Shown here: piece by piece, positions 10,335 through 19,473 of the stretch
How the letters are laid out: every line of letters starts with the position of its first letter
Numbering within the stretch: the first letter of the stretch is position 1
NCBI GenBank assembly: GCA_963719515.1
Contig: CAVRCJ010000006.1
Coordinates: 416,001 to 480,000, forward strand
DNA from: an uncultured cyanobacterium
GTDB taxonomy: Bacteria; Cyanobacteriota; Cyanobacteriia; CAKZMO01
DNA: 64,000 nucleotides
Direction of reading: 5' to 3'
Program-made: the position numbers and the translations under genes
Notes under the pieces: generated by a model
Seen by the model: the letters and a program-made list of their open reading frames with translations, nothing else
Told to the model about the DNA's origin: nothing
Database searches by the model: none

Positions 10335-10922
10335 GTGCGAGAGATTTTAATTAGCGTCGCTGTGATGATTGGCTGTGCCGCCGTGCTGGTTGTTGCTCAA
10401 CTGACGGGCTCATCGGCGATCGCGGCCCCGAGTGAAGTCCCTCGTCCGGCGTCAGCGGCATCCCCCCTAGAGCAGCGGATGGGCCCCTCTAGCGCATCCC
10501 AAACCGAACCCGAAATCATTGCCCAAGCCCCGACCCTATTTGAATCTAACCCCATGGCCTCAGAGGACTCAGCGCTTGACACAGTCACTACGGCTTCGGG
10601 CCTACAGTATATTGACGAAGTAGAAGGGACTGGCGCGCAGCCCCAGGCTGGCCAGACCGTAAGCGTTCACTATACCGGCACCCTAGAAGACGGCACCAAA
10701 TTCGACAGCTCTCGCGATCGCAATCGGCCTTTTTCGTTCCGCTTGGGCGCTGGACGGGTGATTCGCGGCTGGGATGAGGGCATTGCCACAATGCGCGTTG
10801 GCGGACAGCGCAAGCTAATCATCCCCCCCGATTTAGGCTACGGCGCGAGAGGGGCAGGTGGGGTCATTCCCCCCAACGCGACGCTCATCTTTGACGTTGA
10901 GCTGCTGCGCATTGGCGCCTAG
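10335..10922 (+). CDS. FKBP-type peptidyl-prolyl cis-trans isomerase (exported)
   Basis: [51 protein letters not shown] start after GGAG. Confidence 0.95.
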   Translation: MREILISVAVMIGCAAVLVVAQLTGSSAIAAPSEVPRPASAASPLEQRMGPSSASQTEPEIIAQAPTLFESNPMASEDSALDTVTTASGLQYIDEVEGTGAQPQAGQTVSVHYTGTLEDGTKFDSSRDRNRPFSFRLGAGRVIRGWDEGIATMRVGGQRKLIIPPDLGYGARGAGGVIPPNATLIFDVELLRIGA

Positions 10923-10951
10923 GATTTAGCGAGGCCAAAGGGCTTTGAGGG

Positions 10952-10994
10952 GTAGATGAGTTCTACAGGGGTCACCCCGCAGAAACTTGTCTAC
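10952..10994. terminator. Imperfect hairpin, probably the original terminator between the FKBP gene and kaiC
   Basis: GTAGATGAGTT...GGGG-TCA-CCCC...AACTTGTCTAC inverted repeat ending at the IS left junction. Confidence 0.45.
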
Positions 10995-11074
10995 CAAAGG
11001 CCGCCGCAGTGCTCCGCCTATACCGCGTAGCGGCTAGGGGGTGGTGAAGCGGCGCGTGAGCCGTAGGTGAGCAA

Positions 11075-11486
11075 TCAATCGATTTCGGCTTGCTGCTGAA
11101 TGTACTGCTTCAAAGCTGATATGGGAGCGCTGCCGCAGGAAATAAGGCAATACGACCTGCTCCAAAAAACCGGCTTACCCCGATAGACACGGTTGAGGTG
11201 TCCCGTCAAACTCTTTCCTGATTAAGCGGCTCGACACGGTTTTGAGATTGTTCACCAGCTTGGACGGCTGAACCTTGGGATTGACCGATATCAGCAAATG
11301 GATATGGTCCGGCTCACCATTGCACTCAATCAGCTCACATTCCCATTTGCCGAGGGTGGCGCGGAATATCTCGGCCAGCCGGTCTTGCATCGCAGCAGTA
11401 ATACATTTTCTGCGGTCCTCTGTGCAGACGACCAAATGAAACTGGATATTGTAAGCGCAGTGCCTAAGCTTGTTTAGGGTCTGCAT
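11075..11486 (-). pseudogene. tnpA: IS200-type Y1 (HUH) transposase, frameshifted
   Basis: HLVVCT..RRKCI, GEPDHIHLL (HUH), LKTVSSRLIRKEF; +1 frameshift near 11200 then HLNRVYRGKPVFWSRSY...LKQYIQQQ (catalytic Tyr helix) to stop at 11075. Confidence 0.88.
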
Positions 11487-12066
11487 CGGTGTGACGACTA
11501 AGCTACAATACATCAATGCTAACACTGACCCGTGAGTACAAGCTGAAGCCGACCAAACGACAGGCGATTGAGATGGAACACATCTTGTCGGTCTGCCGTA
11601 GCGTCTGGAATTATGCATTGCGAGAGCGCAAGGACTGGATTGCCTCGCGCAAAAGCTCAGTCAATACCTGCTCTTTGTGGGGCGAGTACATCGTGGCTGC
11701 TGATGCTCCGTTTCCTGGCTTTGCTGAGCAATGCAAATCGCTGACGCAAGCCAAGACGTCGAACGCAGCGCTCAAGTCGGTCAATGCCCAGGTACTTCAG
11801 CAGGTGCTCAAGACGCTAGACAAGGCGTTTCGAGACATGAAGGAGCGCGGCTTTGGGTTCCCCCGGTTCAAAAAGCGAATGCACTCCTTCGTGTTTCCGT
11901 AGCTTGGCAAGCACCTTCTGGGCAATGGGTCTGTGAAGCCCCTGCATTGGCGACGCGAGGATTCGCCAGTCCCGGCCCTATCCCGATGGCTTCAGGGTTA
12001 AGCAGGCGCGGGTTGTGAAACGTCCATCAGGGTTCTATCTGATGCTGACGTTTCAGGCTGATTTAG

Positions 12067-12458
12067 CTACTAGACAGGAAGCCCCGCGCTCTACCCGTCA
12101 GGGTGAGCGTCGGGATGAGAGTCGCGCTAGCCGAAGTGCGCCCGCAAAATGATGCACAGCGGATAGTGCGCTCAGCGCTGAGGCTAGCAGTTGGTATGAT
12201 AGAGATAGCAAGGTGATACACCCCGCAAAGAGTGTGACGGGCCCGTAGGCGAAAGCTGCAAGTCACCCGTTCCTCAGTTTGCAAATGTATCTGCGACACA
12301 TAGTGCGTATCCTCCCTCGCGGAGATGAAAATTCAAAACTCTGCCGTGGGGCATCAGGCGGAGTATAAACCTATCTCAGGATATGTCTCGGCAATAGCTG
12401 GGAGTCACTGAGGAAGCCCGCGCTGTACAGCTTGCTGTCAGCGTCGGGAGGATGTCAC
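12067..12458 (+). mobile_element. 392-bp non-autonomous IS200/IS605-type element (MITE/PATE-like) nested in tnpB
   Basis: Removing it restores tnpB frame (GCT GAT TTA G|AC ATT CCT = ADLDIP). Inserted after TTAG; left AAGC+CCCGCGCT..AGCGTCGGG hairpin; right GAAG+similar hairpin+TCAC. Confidence 0.85.
12192..12200 (+). promoter_or_regulatory. Putative extended -10 promoter inside the nested element
   Basis: TGGTATGAT fits TGnTAnnnT. Confidence 0.45.
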
Positions 12459-12478
12459 ACATTCCTCAACCCCCTGTA
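12207..12478 (+). ncRNA. Putative stand-alone TnpB omega-RNA-like transcript (scaffold plus ~20-nt flank guide)
   Basis: No ORF; TTCCTCAGT (12270-12278) pairs with ACTGAGGAA (12407-12415); GCCGTGGGGC motif resembles the outer tnpB 3' GCCGTCGGGC; ends in right-end hairpin; boundaries inferred. Confidence 0.5.
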
Positions 12479-13019
12479 GCAGGTCATATTGTTGGTGTTG
12501 ATGTTGGCCTGGAGTATTTTCTTTCCACCTCTGACGGCCTTCAGATTAAGCGCCCTCGATTCTTTGTGGATATGCAGCGCAAGCTGAAATTGCTGCAACG
12601 CAGATTGAAGCGAAAGAAGCGAGGGTCAGCAAACTGGATTAAGGCTCAGCAAAAGGTGGCGCGGCTGCACGAGTGCATCAGGAATACCCGCAAGGACTTC
12701 CACTTCAAAGTCGCACATCAGCTTTGCCATGGAGCCGATGTGATTGCAGTAGAAGACCTCAACCTAGTTGGACTGTCGCGGGGTATCCTCGGTAAGCACA
12801 TGCGCGATGCAGGCCACGGGCAGTTTCTCAATCAGATATTGCCGTGGATTGCTTGGAAGCGAGGCAAGGCGTATCTGAAGGTTGATGCTCGCGGCACTTC
12901 TCAGGAGTGCCCTGATTGTGGGGACAAAATAGTGAAGCAGCTATCTGACCGCTGGCATAGCTGCTCTTGTGGGGCGTCAATGCCTAGAGACGTTGCCAGC
13001 GGCCAGGTGATTCGACATA

Positions 13020-13178
13020 GGGCCGTCGGGCGGACGGTTCTTGAAAATGCCTGTGGAGACGGTCTAACGGGGGCAGTAGCTTAATGCTGTTGTCTAGCCA
13101 AGAGTAAAAGAAACAGGAATCTCCGACTGTACCCACAGGGTCAGGGGGAGTGCGTCAATCTTCCTGTTCACCTTTTTC
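13020..13178 (+). ncRNA. Putative omega/reRNA of the outer IS (overlaps tnpB 3' end; guide runs antisense into kaiC)
   Basis: Position expected from TnpB biology; CCTGT/ACAGG pairing and right-end hairpin present; boundaries inferred. Confidence 0.55.
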
Positions 13179-14732
13179 CTGAAAGCCCTGCACGATACGG
13201 GAAAGCTCATTACGCTCATTGACCGCTATCCGGTTAGGCGAGCCGCTGATAATCCGCTCGTATTCTCGGAAAGACTTCTTAATCTGAGGTCCGTTCTCGT
13301 CAATCATGTACTCTCGGATGCCCTTGTCATGCCAAGAGCCGCGCATTTTGAAAACGTTGATGGCCCGGGACATTTCCCCTCGAATCTCGACGTACTGAAG
13401 CATCAATATGGTGTCAGTGATGGTCGAGATATGTGAGTCGGTGATTGAGTGAGACCCCATGAATTGGTCGGTGGTGTTCGTGAAGAACCCTGTAATCTCC
13501 TCTTGTTTAGCGAACCCTGTTACTCCAATCACAAACTGACGGAAGGTATTGTTGCTGACGCCGCGGGCTAGGGCGGAGAGCGAGTCGATAGCAATGCGGG
13601 ACGGCTTAAAGTTGGCAATTTCAGACTTGATAATCTGTAGGTGGTCTTCAAGCCCAGCAGACTCGGGATAAGCGCATAGAATGCGCAGCAGACCCCGCTG
13701 CTCCAACTCCTCAAAATCGATTCCCCAGGAATAGGCGTTACGGGAGAGCTGCGCCCGCGACTCTTCGTAAGCAAAAAGGATGGCACGGCTGTTGTTTTCG
13801 CAGGCGTTCTGCAGAAACTTGCTCACTAGCATCGTCTTGCCGGTGCCGGTAGCTCCGGTAGCCAGGATGATTGAATCTTTAAAGAAACCACCGCCGCACA
13901 TCTCGTCTAGCGTCTCAACGCCTGAGGACACGCGTACGTTTGACGAGCGCTGGGTGAGGCGCATCGCTCCGAGCGGAAAGATATTGATCCCCTGATTGGT
14001 AATCGTAAAGGGATACTCTCCCTTCATGTGGGTGGTGCCTCGCAGCTTGAGGATTTCGATTGTTCGTCTACGGCGTTCTCCCTCAAGGGCGTTGCGAACG
14101 ATAACAACGTTGTCAGAGACGAATTCTTCAACGCCGTATCGTGCTACGCTGCCATATTCTTCGGTTCGCTCTGCTGTCATCACGGTGGTAACGCCCACTC
14201 GCTTTAATCGCGATGCCAGTCGGAATAGCTCGCGTCGCACAATTGAGGTGGCGTCGTACTGCTGAAAAAGGGCGGTGACAGAGTCAACCGAGACGCGAGA
14301 CGCGCTGTACTTTCGAATGGCGTATTGAGTGCGCTCGATGATTCCTGACAGGTCAAAGTTACCGACGACTTCTTGACCTTCTGGATCGGGCGAGGCGTCT
14401 AAGATGAACAGCTTTCCGTCGTCAATGAGCTGTTGAAGATCCCAGCCGAAGCTATGGGCGTTCTCAATGATGTCGGAGGGGGACTCTTCAAAAGTAATAA
14501 AGAGTCCCGGCTCGTCGAAATGAATAATGCCGTTATATAAAAAATGAATAGCAAACAGCGTTTTTCCGGTACCCGAGGTGCCGCTGACCAGCGTCGTTCT
14601 GCCCGCCGGGATACCCCCATGACTGATATCGTCGAAGCCCTCAATCATGGTCCGGAGTTTTTGAACGCCCTCTTCCCCCCTCGACGTGTCAAAGGGGTCA
14701 GTTTCGCGAGCGTTGTAGGAGTTTGGCTGCAT
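13155..14732 (-). CDS. kaiC: Circadian clock protein KaiC
   Basis: Two Walker A motifs (GTSGTGKT, GATGTGKT), phosphosite region SHISTITD. Confidence 0.98.
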   Translation of the reverse strand: MQPNSYNARETDPFDTSRGEEGVQKLRTMIEGFDDISHGGIPAGRTTLVSGTSGTGKTLFAIHFLYNGIIHFDEPGLFITFEESPSDIIENAHSFGWDLQQLIDDGKLFILDASPDPEGQEVVGNFDLSGIIERTQYAIRKYSASRVSVDSVTALFQQYDATSIVRRELFRLASRLKRVGVTTVMTAERTEEYGSVARYGVEEFVSDNVVIVRNALEGERRRRTIEILKLRGTTHMKGEYPFTITNQGINIFPLGAMRLTQRSSNVRVSSGVETLDEMCGGGFFKDSIILATGATGTGKTMLVSKFLQNACENNSRAILFAYEESRAQLSRNAYSWGIDFEELEQRGLLRILCAYPESAGLEDHLQIIKSEIANFKPSRIAIDSLSALARGVSNNTFRQFVIGVTGFAKQEEITGFFTNTTDQFMGSHSITDSHISTITDTILMLQYVEIRGEMSRAINVFKMRGSWHDKGIREYMIDENGPQIKKSFREYERIISGSPNRIAVNERNELSRIVQGFQEKGEQED

Positions 14733-14832
14733 GGGCTATGCAATCTAAGTTAATACAGGGTCGTAACACTCTCAATCCTAGCCGGTTATGCGTCACTAGG
14801 GACAAGGCTACAGTACCGAAGAGCCGACGCTA

Positions 14833-15153
14833 CTAACTGTCGTCGCTCAGCTCACCATTGGACAGGGTATCGTAGAGCAAGTCTAGTCCAATCAGCACCT
14901 TCTCTCGATCAGACAAGTCCCCAATGATTTTACGAACGGGCGGCGGCAGAATTTTGGAGAGCGTCGGCGTTGCTAGGATCTTGTCCTCTTCAGCGAGCTG
15001 GGGATTCTTCATCACATCAATTACCTTAAGCGCGTAGACGCCATGAAACTCTTGCTCAAGGATGCTGTTGAGCGTTCTCAGGGCCCTCAGGGAGTTTGGA
15101 GTGTTGCCTGCAACGTATAGTTTCAAGACGTAGGTTTTTTGGGGAGGAGTCAT
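14833..15153 (-). CDS. kaiB: Circadian clock protein KaiB
   Basis: [37 protein letters not shown]. Confidence 0.98.
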   Translation of the reverse strand: MTPPQKTYVLKLYVAGNTPNSLRALRTLNSILEQEFHGVYALKVIDVMKNPQLAEEDKILATPTLSKILPPPVRKIIGDLSDREKVLIGLDLLYDTLSNGELSDDS

Positions 15154-15272
15154 AGGAGAGAGTCCGTACCTCTAGAGTGGACTGCTCAAAGCAGCATGCT
15201 AGAGACCGTAAATAAGGCCAAATAGGGCAAGGAAGTGGGCTTGTGACCAGGAAGGGAGCGATTTCCCGACGG

Positions 15273-16160
15273 CTAGGCCTGCCGAGGAATCGATCGCCTA
15301 TACATTTCGCATAGGTTAGAGAGAGTATCGATCAAGGTCAATCGGTAGTCTAGAAGAATTTCCTCGCTGCGGCCCTCGATTTTCAGCTGCTTGGAAAATG
15401 CATCCATAAGGTCCATGTGGATCTCAACGACTTGAACAATGGGCACGTCAGCAAAAAAGGCTGAGTTGACATAATTATCAATCTTTTGGTTGAGCAACGG
15501 ATCGTCTGTAAAGTAATTGAGAATAATTTCCTGGTAGCTTCGCTTCAGCTGAGCGAGCTGCCGCTGTTTTTCCTCTGAAGGTAGATAGCGCAGAAATCGC
15601 TCTGGATCTCGCTTATAGTAAACGCTCAAATACCCTAGCCTCTCTTTCAGCTTTTCGGCCAGTCGGTCTTGCTGACAGGCGAGCAGCGCATGCTCTTGCT
15701 TGTCGATATCATTGTGTGAAGGCTGCTCAGTTTCGCCTGATAAGGGGATTTTGAGAAACTGGTTGATCACGCGATCGATGTGGGACGGCAGCTGGTTGAG
15801 CTGCTGGAACTCCAGCCAATAGATCGCGGTGTAATATCCAAATTTATCTGGGCTGTCGGCCTGCTCGGCGATCGCCTCATCTTCGAGACGTCTGTCCCTA
15901 ATTAAAATTGTAGGCAACAAAATCGAGCGCGATCGCAGTTCGCCAAGCGCTGACGGAAGCTTGCCCTGAGCATCTAGAATTAGACAGTCAATACCATTGC
16001 GGCAGGCTTCAATCGCCTCAATGAAATCGCTGTGGGTCAGAAATATTTCGAGCTGATACGCGTCGCCGTCTAAACTTGACTTTAGTGAAGGCGCTACCGC
16101 ATCAGTCGCTAAGTAGGCATAGACAACTATCTTTGGCTTTGATTCCTGTTTGGAGGCCAT
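15273..16160 (-). CDS. kaiA: Circadian clock protein KaiA
   Basis: LKERLGYLSVYYKRDP, LLDYRLTLID, LCEMYRRSIPR; upstream of kaiBC. Confidence 0.96.
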   Translation of the reverse strand: MASKQESKPKIVVYAYLATDAVAPSLKSSLDGDAYQLEIFLTHSDFIEAIEACRNGIDCLILDAQGKLPSALGELRSRSILLPTILIRDRRLEDEAIAEQADSPDKFGYYTAIYWLEFQQLNQLPSHIDRVINQFLKIPLSGETEQPSHNDIDKQEHALLACQQDRLAEKLKERLGYLSVYYKRDPERFLRYLPSEEKQRQLAQLKRSYQEIILNYFTDDPLLNQKIDNYVNSAFFADVPIVQVVEIHMDLMDAFSKQLKIEGRSEEILLDYRLTLIDTLSNLCEMYRRSIPRQA

Positions 16161-16257
16161 AAAAGCGCTCTACAATCACGATACATTGGTGCGGGGGCAC
16201 TACGGTCTATTGTAGAAGCTGAGCGACCATCTACTCTTGTGCCTTAGCGGTACTTCT

Positions 16258-18375
16258 ATGGATAGCGAATCGATTCAGGCTCTGATCATAGCGGTACCGA
16301 CCTGTAATGCCCAGGATCGACTGATATCGATTTTTGAACAGCTTACGACTGCCGAAGGAGAGTGGCTTTTGATCTGGGACGAGGATCCTGTCGGAGCTTT
16401 GCCCCTAGCCTCACTGTCGCAGCTGATGTCAGCGATAATTTGTGGACTGACCCAGCCTATTGACTCGCTGCCCTCCCACGACAGCGCATCAGCCCCTGTT
16501 TCTAGCCGCGATGATGCGGCCCCCATGCCGCTGCTGCAATCGACCCTGAAGCAAGTGCTTGAGCGGCCCGAGCTGCGCCTGCAGCTGAAACCGCTGCAGC
16601 TTGTTCCTGCCACTTGGTCTGTGCAAGAGTTCAAAGCTTATCTGCGGCACTATTCCGACGATGCTGCCCAATTTGAGTGGGTCGCCGTTGACGCCGAGCA
16701 GCGCCCCCTAGGGTTGCTCAACCCAACTCGGCTGGCACCGACTTGGAACAATCCACTGCCCTCCCAAGAGCTTATGGCTCAAAACGCAGAACTGGTGCAA
16801 ACTAGCCAGCTTAAAAGTAGCTATCTTGCCTATATCAGCCACGAAGTTAAGAACCCAATAACGGCAATGCTGGGGCTTTCAGAATTGCTAGCCGATTCCG
16901 CCCTCAAGAGCTTGAGCGATCGCCAGCAGCGCTATATCCAGCTCATTCGGCACAACAGCCAGCGCCTCGCTGCCATAGCCAACGACATGCTCGACCTATC
17001 GCGCGTCGAGCTAGGTCAGCTACAGCTTTCCTATCAAAGCCTATCGATTCGACAGCTGTGCGATCTCGCTTGGCAATTTCAGCCCCGCGCCGCTGCGCAG
17101 CCTCCTGCCGCTACAGTTCCGCCTTCGATCAGCATTCAGCTAGGGCTGAGCGAAATTGTGGCAGACAAGCAGCGTCTGGTCCAGATGCTGGCTCAGCTGC
17201 TCGCGAATGCCCGCCGTTCTACGGCCACATTTGGCGAGGTGGGCATTGCTGTTGAGCAGTGGGGACAGTGGTATGCCTTTACAATTTGGGATACCGGGAT
17301 AGGCATTCCTCCAGAGAGACAGACGCTACTGCTGCAAACCCTACAGCCTTTGGAAAATCCCTCTACCCATGCTGCAGAATCCGGACTGGGACTGGTTTTA
17401 ACCCAGCGACTGGTCCAGCTGCACGGCGGCGATCTAACCTTTGTCTCGAATCCTGGAAGAAGTGAGTTCACGCTGCTTTTGCCGCCTGCGCCGTCCCACA
17501 TTTCTGCGCCACCCTCTCCTCAAAGTAGTGCCGCAGCGGTTCAGATGACTCACCCTCTCGCTGTTGTCGCGGAAGCAGCGGCCTCCCACCTGACCCAGCT
17601 CGTTTCACAGCTCAGCGACATCGGTTATCGTGTCGCTGTCGCCCGCTCGGGAACGGAGGCGCTGCAAAAGGTGAGGCGGCTGCATCCCAAAATCCTCTTT
17701 CTAGATCCAGTTTTGCCTCTGCTCTCGGGCTGGGACGTCCTAGCGCTGGTCAAGGGTGACTTGGCGACTCGGCATATTCCGACTATTCTCAGCACGGCGT
17801 CCACCGCACATCCTTTAGAACGAGGGCAGGCGGACGCCGTGCTATCACTGCCGTCAACGCCATCTGCCCTGCTGCAAACGCTGGCCGATACGGTGCCGCA
17901 GGGACTGCACTCCTCAGCGTCAGCCCCCCGGACGGTGACGCCCCGAGCTCCCTCGTCAACAACGCTGACGGTGCTCTATTTCAATCCATCTGAGGAAACG
18001 GAAGCGCCGTCTACGATAGACTTCAGTGGATTACTTCATCCCTATGGCTGCCGCGTACTAGAGGTGGACGATCTCGATCAAGCTGGCCTCGTTGCGCAAG
18101 TTTGGAAGCCCAATGTGGCTCTGCTGGGCCTTTCTGTTCCGGCGAATCCTGCCTACCTCCGGCAGCTGGGGCAGCTGCGCAGTCTGGCGCTGCTGCCGAT
18201 GGTGGTCCTTGAGCCCACGATCGCCGAAGCAGGCCACCAGGCCGGACTGCTCGTCTACCCCTGCCTAATGTCGCCACATGGCCTCAAAGGAGGAGCATCG
18301 GTTGATTTGACCCTGCTGGTGCAGGTCATTCGCGTTGCCGCGCAGGGCGCAACGCTTCCGCCGGAGCCACAGTGA
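16258..18375 (+). CDS. Hybrid sensor histidine kinase with receiver and receiver-like domains
   Basis: H-box SHEVKNP, DTGIGI, SGLGL; receiver ILFLDPVLPLLSGWDVL; second degenerate receiver. Confidence 0.85.
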   Translation: MDSESIQALIIAVPTCNAQDRLISIFEQLTTAEGEWLLIWDEDPVGALPLASLSQLMSAIICGLTQPIDSLPSHDSASAPVSSRDDAAPMPLLQSTLKQVLERPELRLQLKPLQLVPATWSVQEFKAYLRHYSDDAAQFEWVAVDAEQRPLGLLNPTRLAPTWNNPLPSQELMAQNAELVQTSQLKSSYLAYISHEVKNPITAMLGLSELLADSALKSLSDRQQRYIQLIRHNSQRLAAIANDMLDLSRVELGQLQLSYQSLSIRQLCDLAWQFQPRAAAQPPAATVPPSISIQLGLSEIVADKQRLVQMLAQLLANARRSTATFGEVGIAVEQWGQWYAFTIWDTGIGIPPERQTLLLQTLQPLENPSTHAAESGLGLVLTQRLVQLHGGDLTFVSNPGRSEFTLLLPPAPSHISAPPSPQSSAAAVQMTHPLAVVAEAAASHLTQLVSQLSDIGYRVAVARSGTEALQKVRRLHPKILFLDPVLPLLSGWDVLALVKGDLATRHIPTILSTASTAHPLERGQADAVLSLPSTPSALLQTLADTVPQGLHSSASAPRTVTPRAPSSTTLTVLYFNPSEETEAPSTIDFSGLLHPYGCRVLEVDDLDQAGLVAQVWKPNVALLGLSVPANPAYLRQLGQLRSLALLPMVVLEPTIAEAGHQAGLLVYPCLMSPHGLKGGASVDLTLLVQVIRVAAQGATLPPEPQ

Positions 18376-18444
18376 CTGATGGCCATCCTCTAGCTCCGCT
18401 TTTCCCCCGCTAGCTGCCAGGAGCGGTTAGCAGGGGAGAACGCC

Positions 18445-18840
18445 TTACAAAGACGCTCGGGGGCGCGATCGCACAAGATAGCGCAGCACTTGCCCTTCGG
18501 CTTGGGTGATGGTAAGGCCCCGCTCACCGATGGCGATGTGGGGCGTCCACAGACGGTGCTCGACGTAGCGCAACAGGTGCAGCCGCTCCACAGCGGCGTC
18601 TACGCCTTGGGGCGAGCCAATGAGGAAGTGGTGCAGATATTCGTAGGCGGCGTCGGTGGGAGTGGCGAGCCTGAGGCTGGGAGGCGCACCGGCATCGTCG
18701 GGCCTTAAAGCACCGCCGGGGTGAGTTTCGCCTGCAGGGCTACAGCCGTTAGCTGAATCTGCGGGCAAACCCTGCCTTTGGGGCATAGCGCTCTGTGCCG
18801 TCTCTTGGGGAGACGACGGCTGGTTGTATTGAGATAACAT
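18445..18840 (-). CDS. Hypothetical protein (cyanobacterial LIGSP...LH..Y...W family)
   Basis: ATG 18840 with AAGGAG 6 nt upstream; low-complexity N-term, ordered C-term HFLIGSPQGV..RLHLLRYVE..W. Confidence 0.7.
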   Translation of the reverse strand: MLSQYNQPSSPQETAQSAMPQRQGLPADSANGCSPAGETHPGGALRPDDAGAPPSLRLATPTDAAYEYLHHFLIGSPQGVDAAVERLHLLRYVEHRLWTPHIAIGERGLTITQAEGQVLRYLVRSRPRASL

Positions 18841-19030
18841 GAGGGACTCCTTACGGTTTCGGTTGGAGTCCCCCAAGACCGATCATCCGCGACGTTTTGG
18901 GTTGGGGATGACGTGGGTAATAATTACCTCAGGCCTTCCCGACAGCCACATCCTGCCGTGGGGGCTTAGGGGCTACGTGTTGCTCGTAACAACACGCAGC
19001 TCCGCCCAGACCGAATTCTTGGGAGACTGA
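18841..19030 (-). promoter_or_regulatory. Structured 5' leader with RBS-sequestering hairpin
   Basis: GGGACTCC/GGAGTCCC stem (18843-18872) covers SD; competing arm 19009-19028; hairpin 18972-19000. Confidence 0.55.
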
Positions 19031-19473
19031 GCCATGGGGTCCACAGCTCTAGCCACACAGAACAGGTCATCTGCGCTGCTATGGCAAGAGGGCGGCTGGT
19101 ATTTTGGGAGCATGGGTAGGGCGAACAGTTGTCCAGCCTACCTGGCCGAGCGAGGGCGACGAAGCACCGGAAACTTTGAGCCCGCAGCCGCTCTCTCTGT
19201 GGACAGCGATCGCCAGACGTAGGACCAGGCGGGTGAGTCTGACGGTTTGGCTGAGCTGGGTAAAAGCATTGACCTTAAGACGTTATTGCTCTTCCGCTTG
19301 GAGATGGCGGCGCGACGGTGTTGGGCTCTCTGCCTCTGCTGGTGCCGGGTTCTTACGCCTAGCCTCTGGCGCAGTTAAGGACTAATCTCAGCCCAATTGA
19401 CCAATCGTTCGGACTATGTGGTCTCCTGGCTCAGACGTATAAACTGCTAAATATCTTACGCGAGGCGATTCTA

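Larger units (their letters stand above)
11516..13084 (+). pseudogene. tnpB: RNA-guided nuclease TnpB, inactivated
   Basis: N-term EYKLKPT...GFPRFKK; in-frame TAG at 11900; frameshift near 11940; insertion 12067-12458; C-term RuvC GVDVG, AVEDL, zinc finger CPDC..CSC, RDVAS. Confidence 0.9.
10995..13158 (+). mobile_element. IS200/IS605-family (IS605-type) insertion sequence, decayed
   Basis: Divergent tnpA/tnpB. Left: target CTAC (10991-10994), guide AGTG (11008-11011), hairpin. Right: GAAT + hairpin CTCCGACTG..CAGGGGGAG + terminal TCAA (13155-13158). No target duplication. Confidence 0.88.

Noticed and set aside
12067..12458. Insert as a group I/II intron, IStron or c-di-GMP riboswitch
   Set aside because: No recognisable intron core or boundary motifs, and only scattered GCAAA/GAAA resemblance; IS605-type ends explain the junctions exactly.
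12452..13084. 210-aa ORF as an independent gene
   Set aside because: It is the tnpB C-terminal half; its ATG comes from the nested element's right end.
19034..19385. Short ORFs between the structured leader and the PPC gene
   Set aside because: No motifs or convincing RBS; likely spurious.
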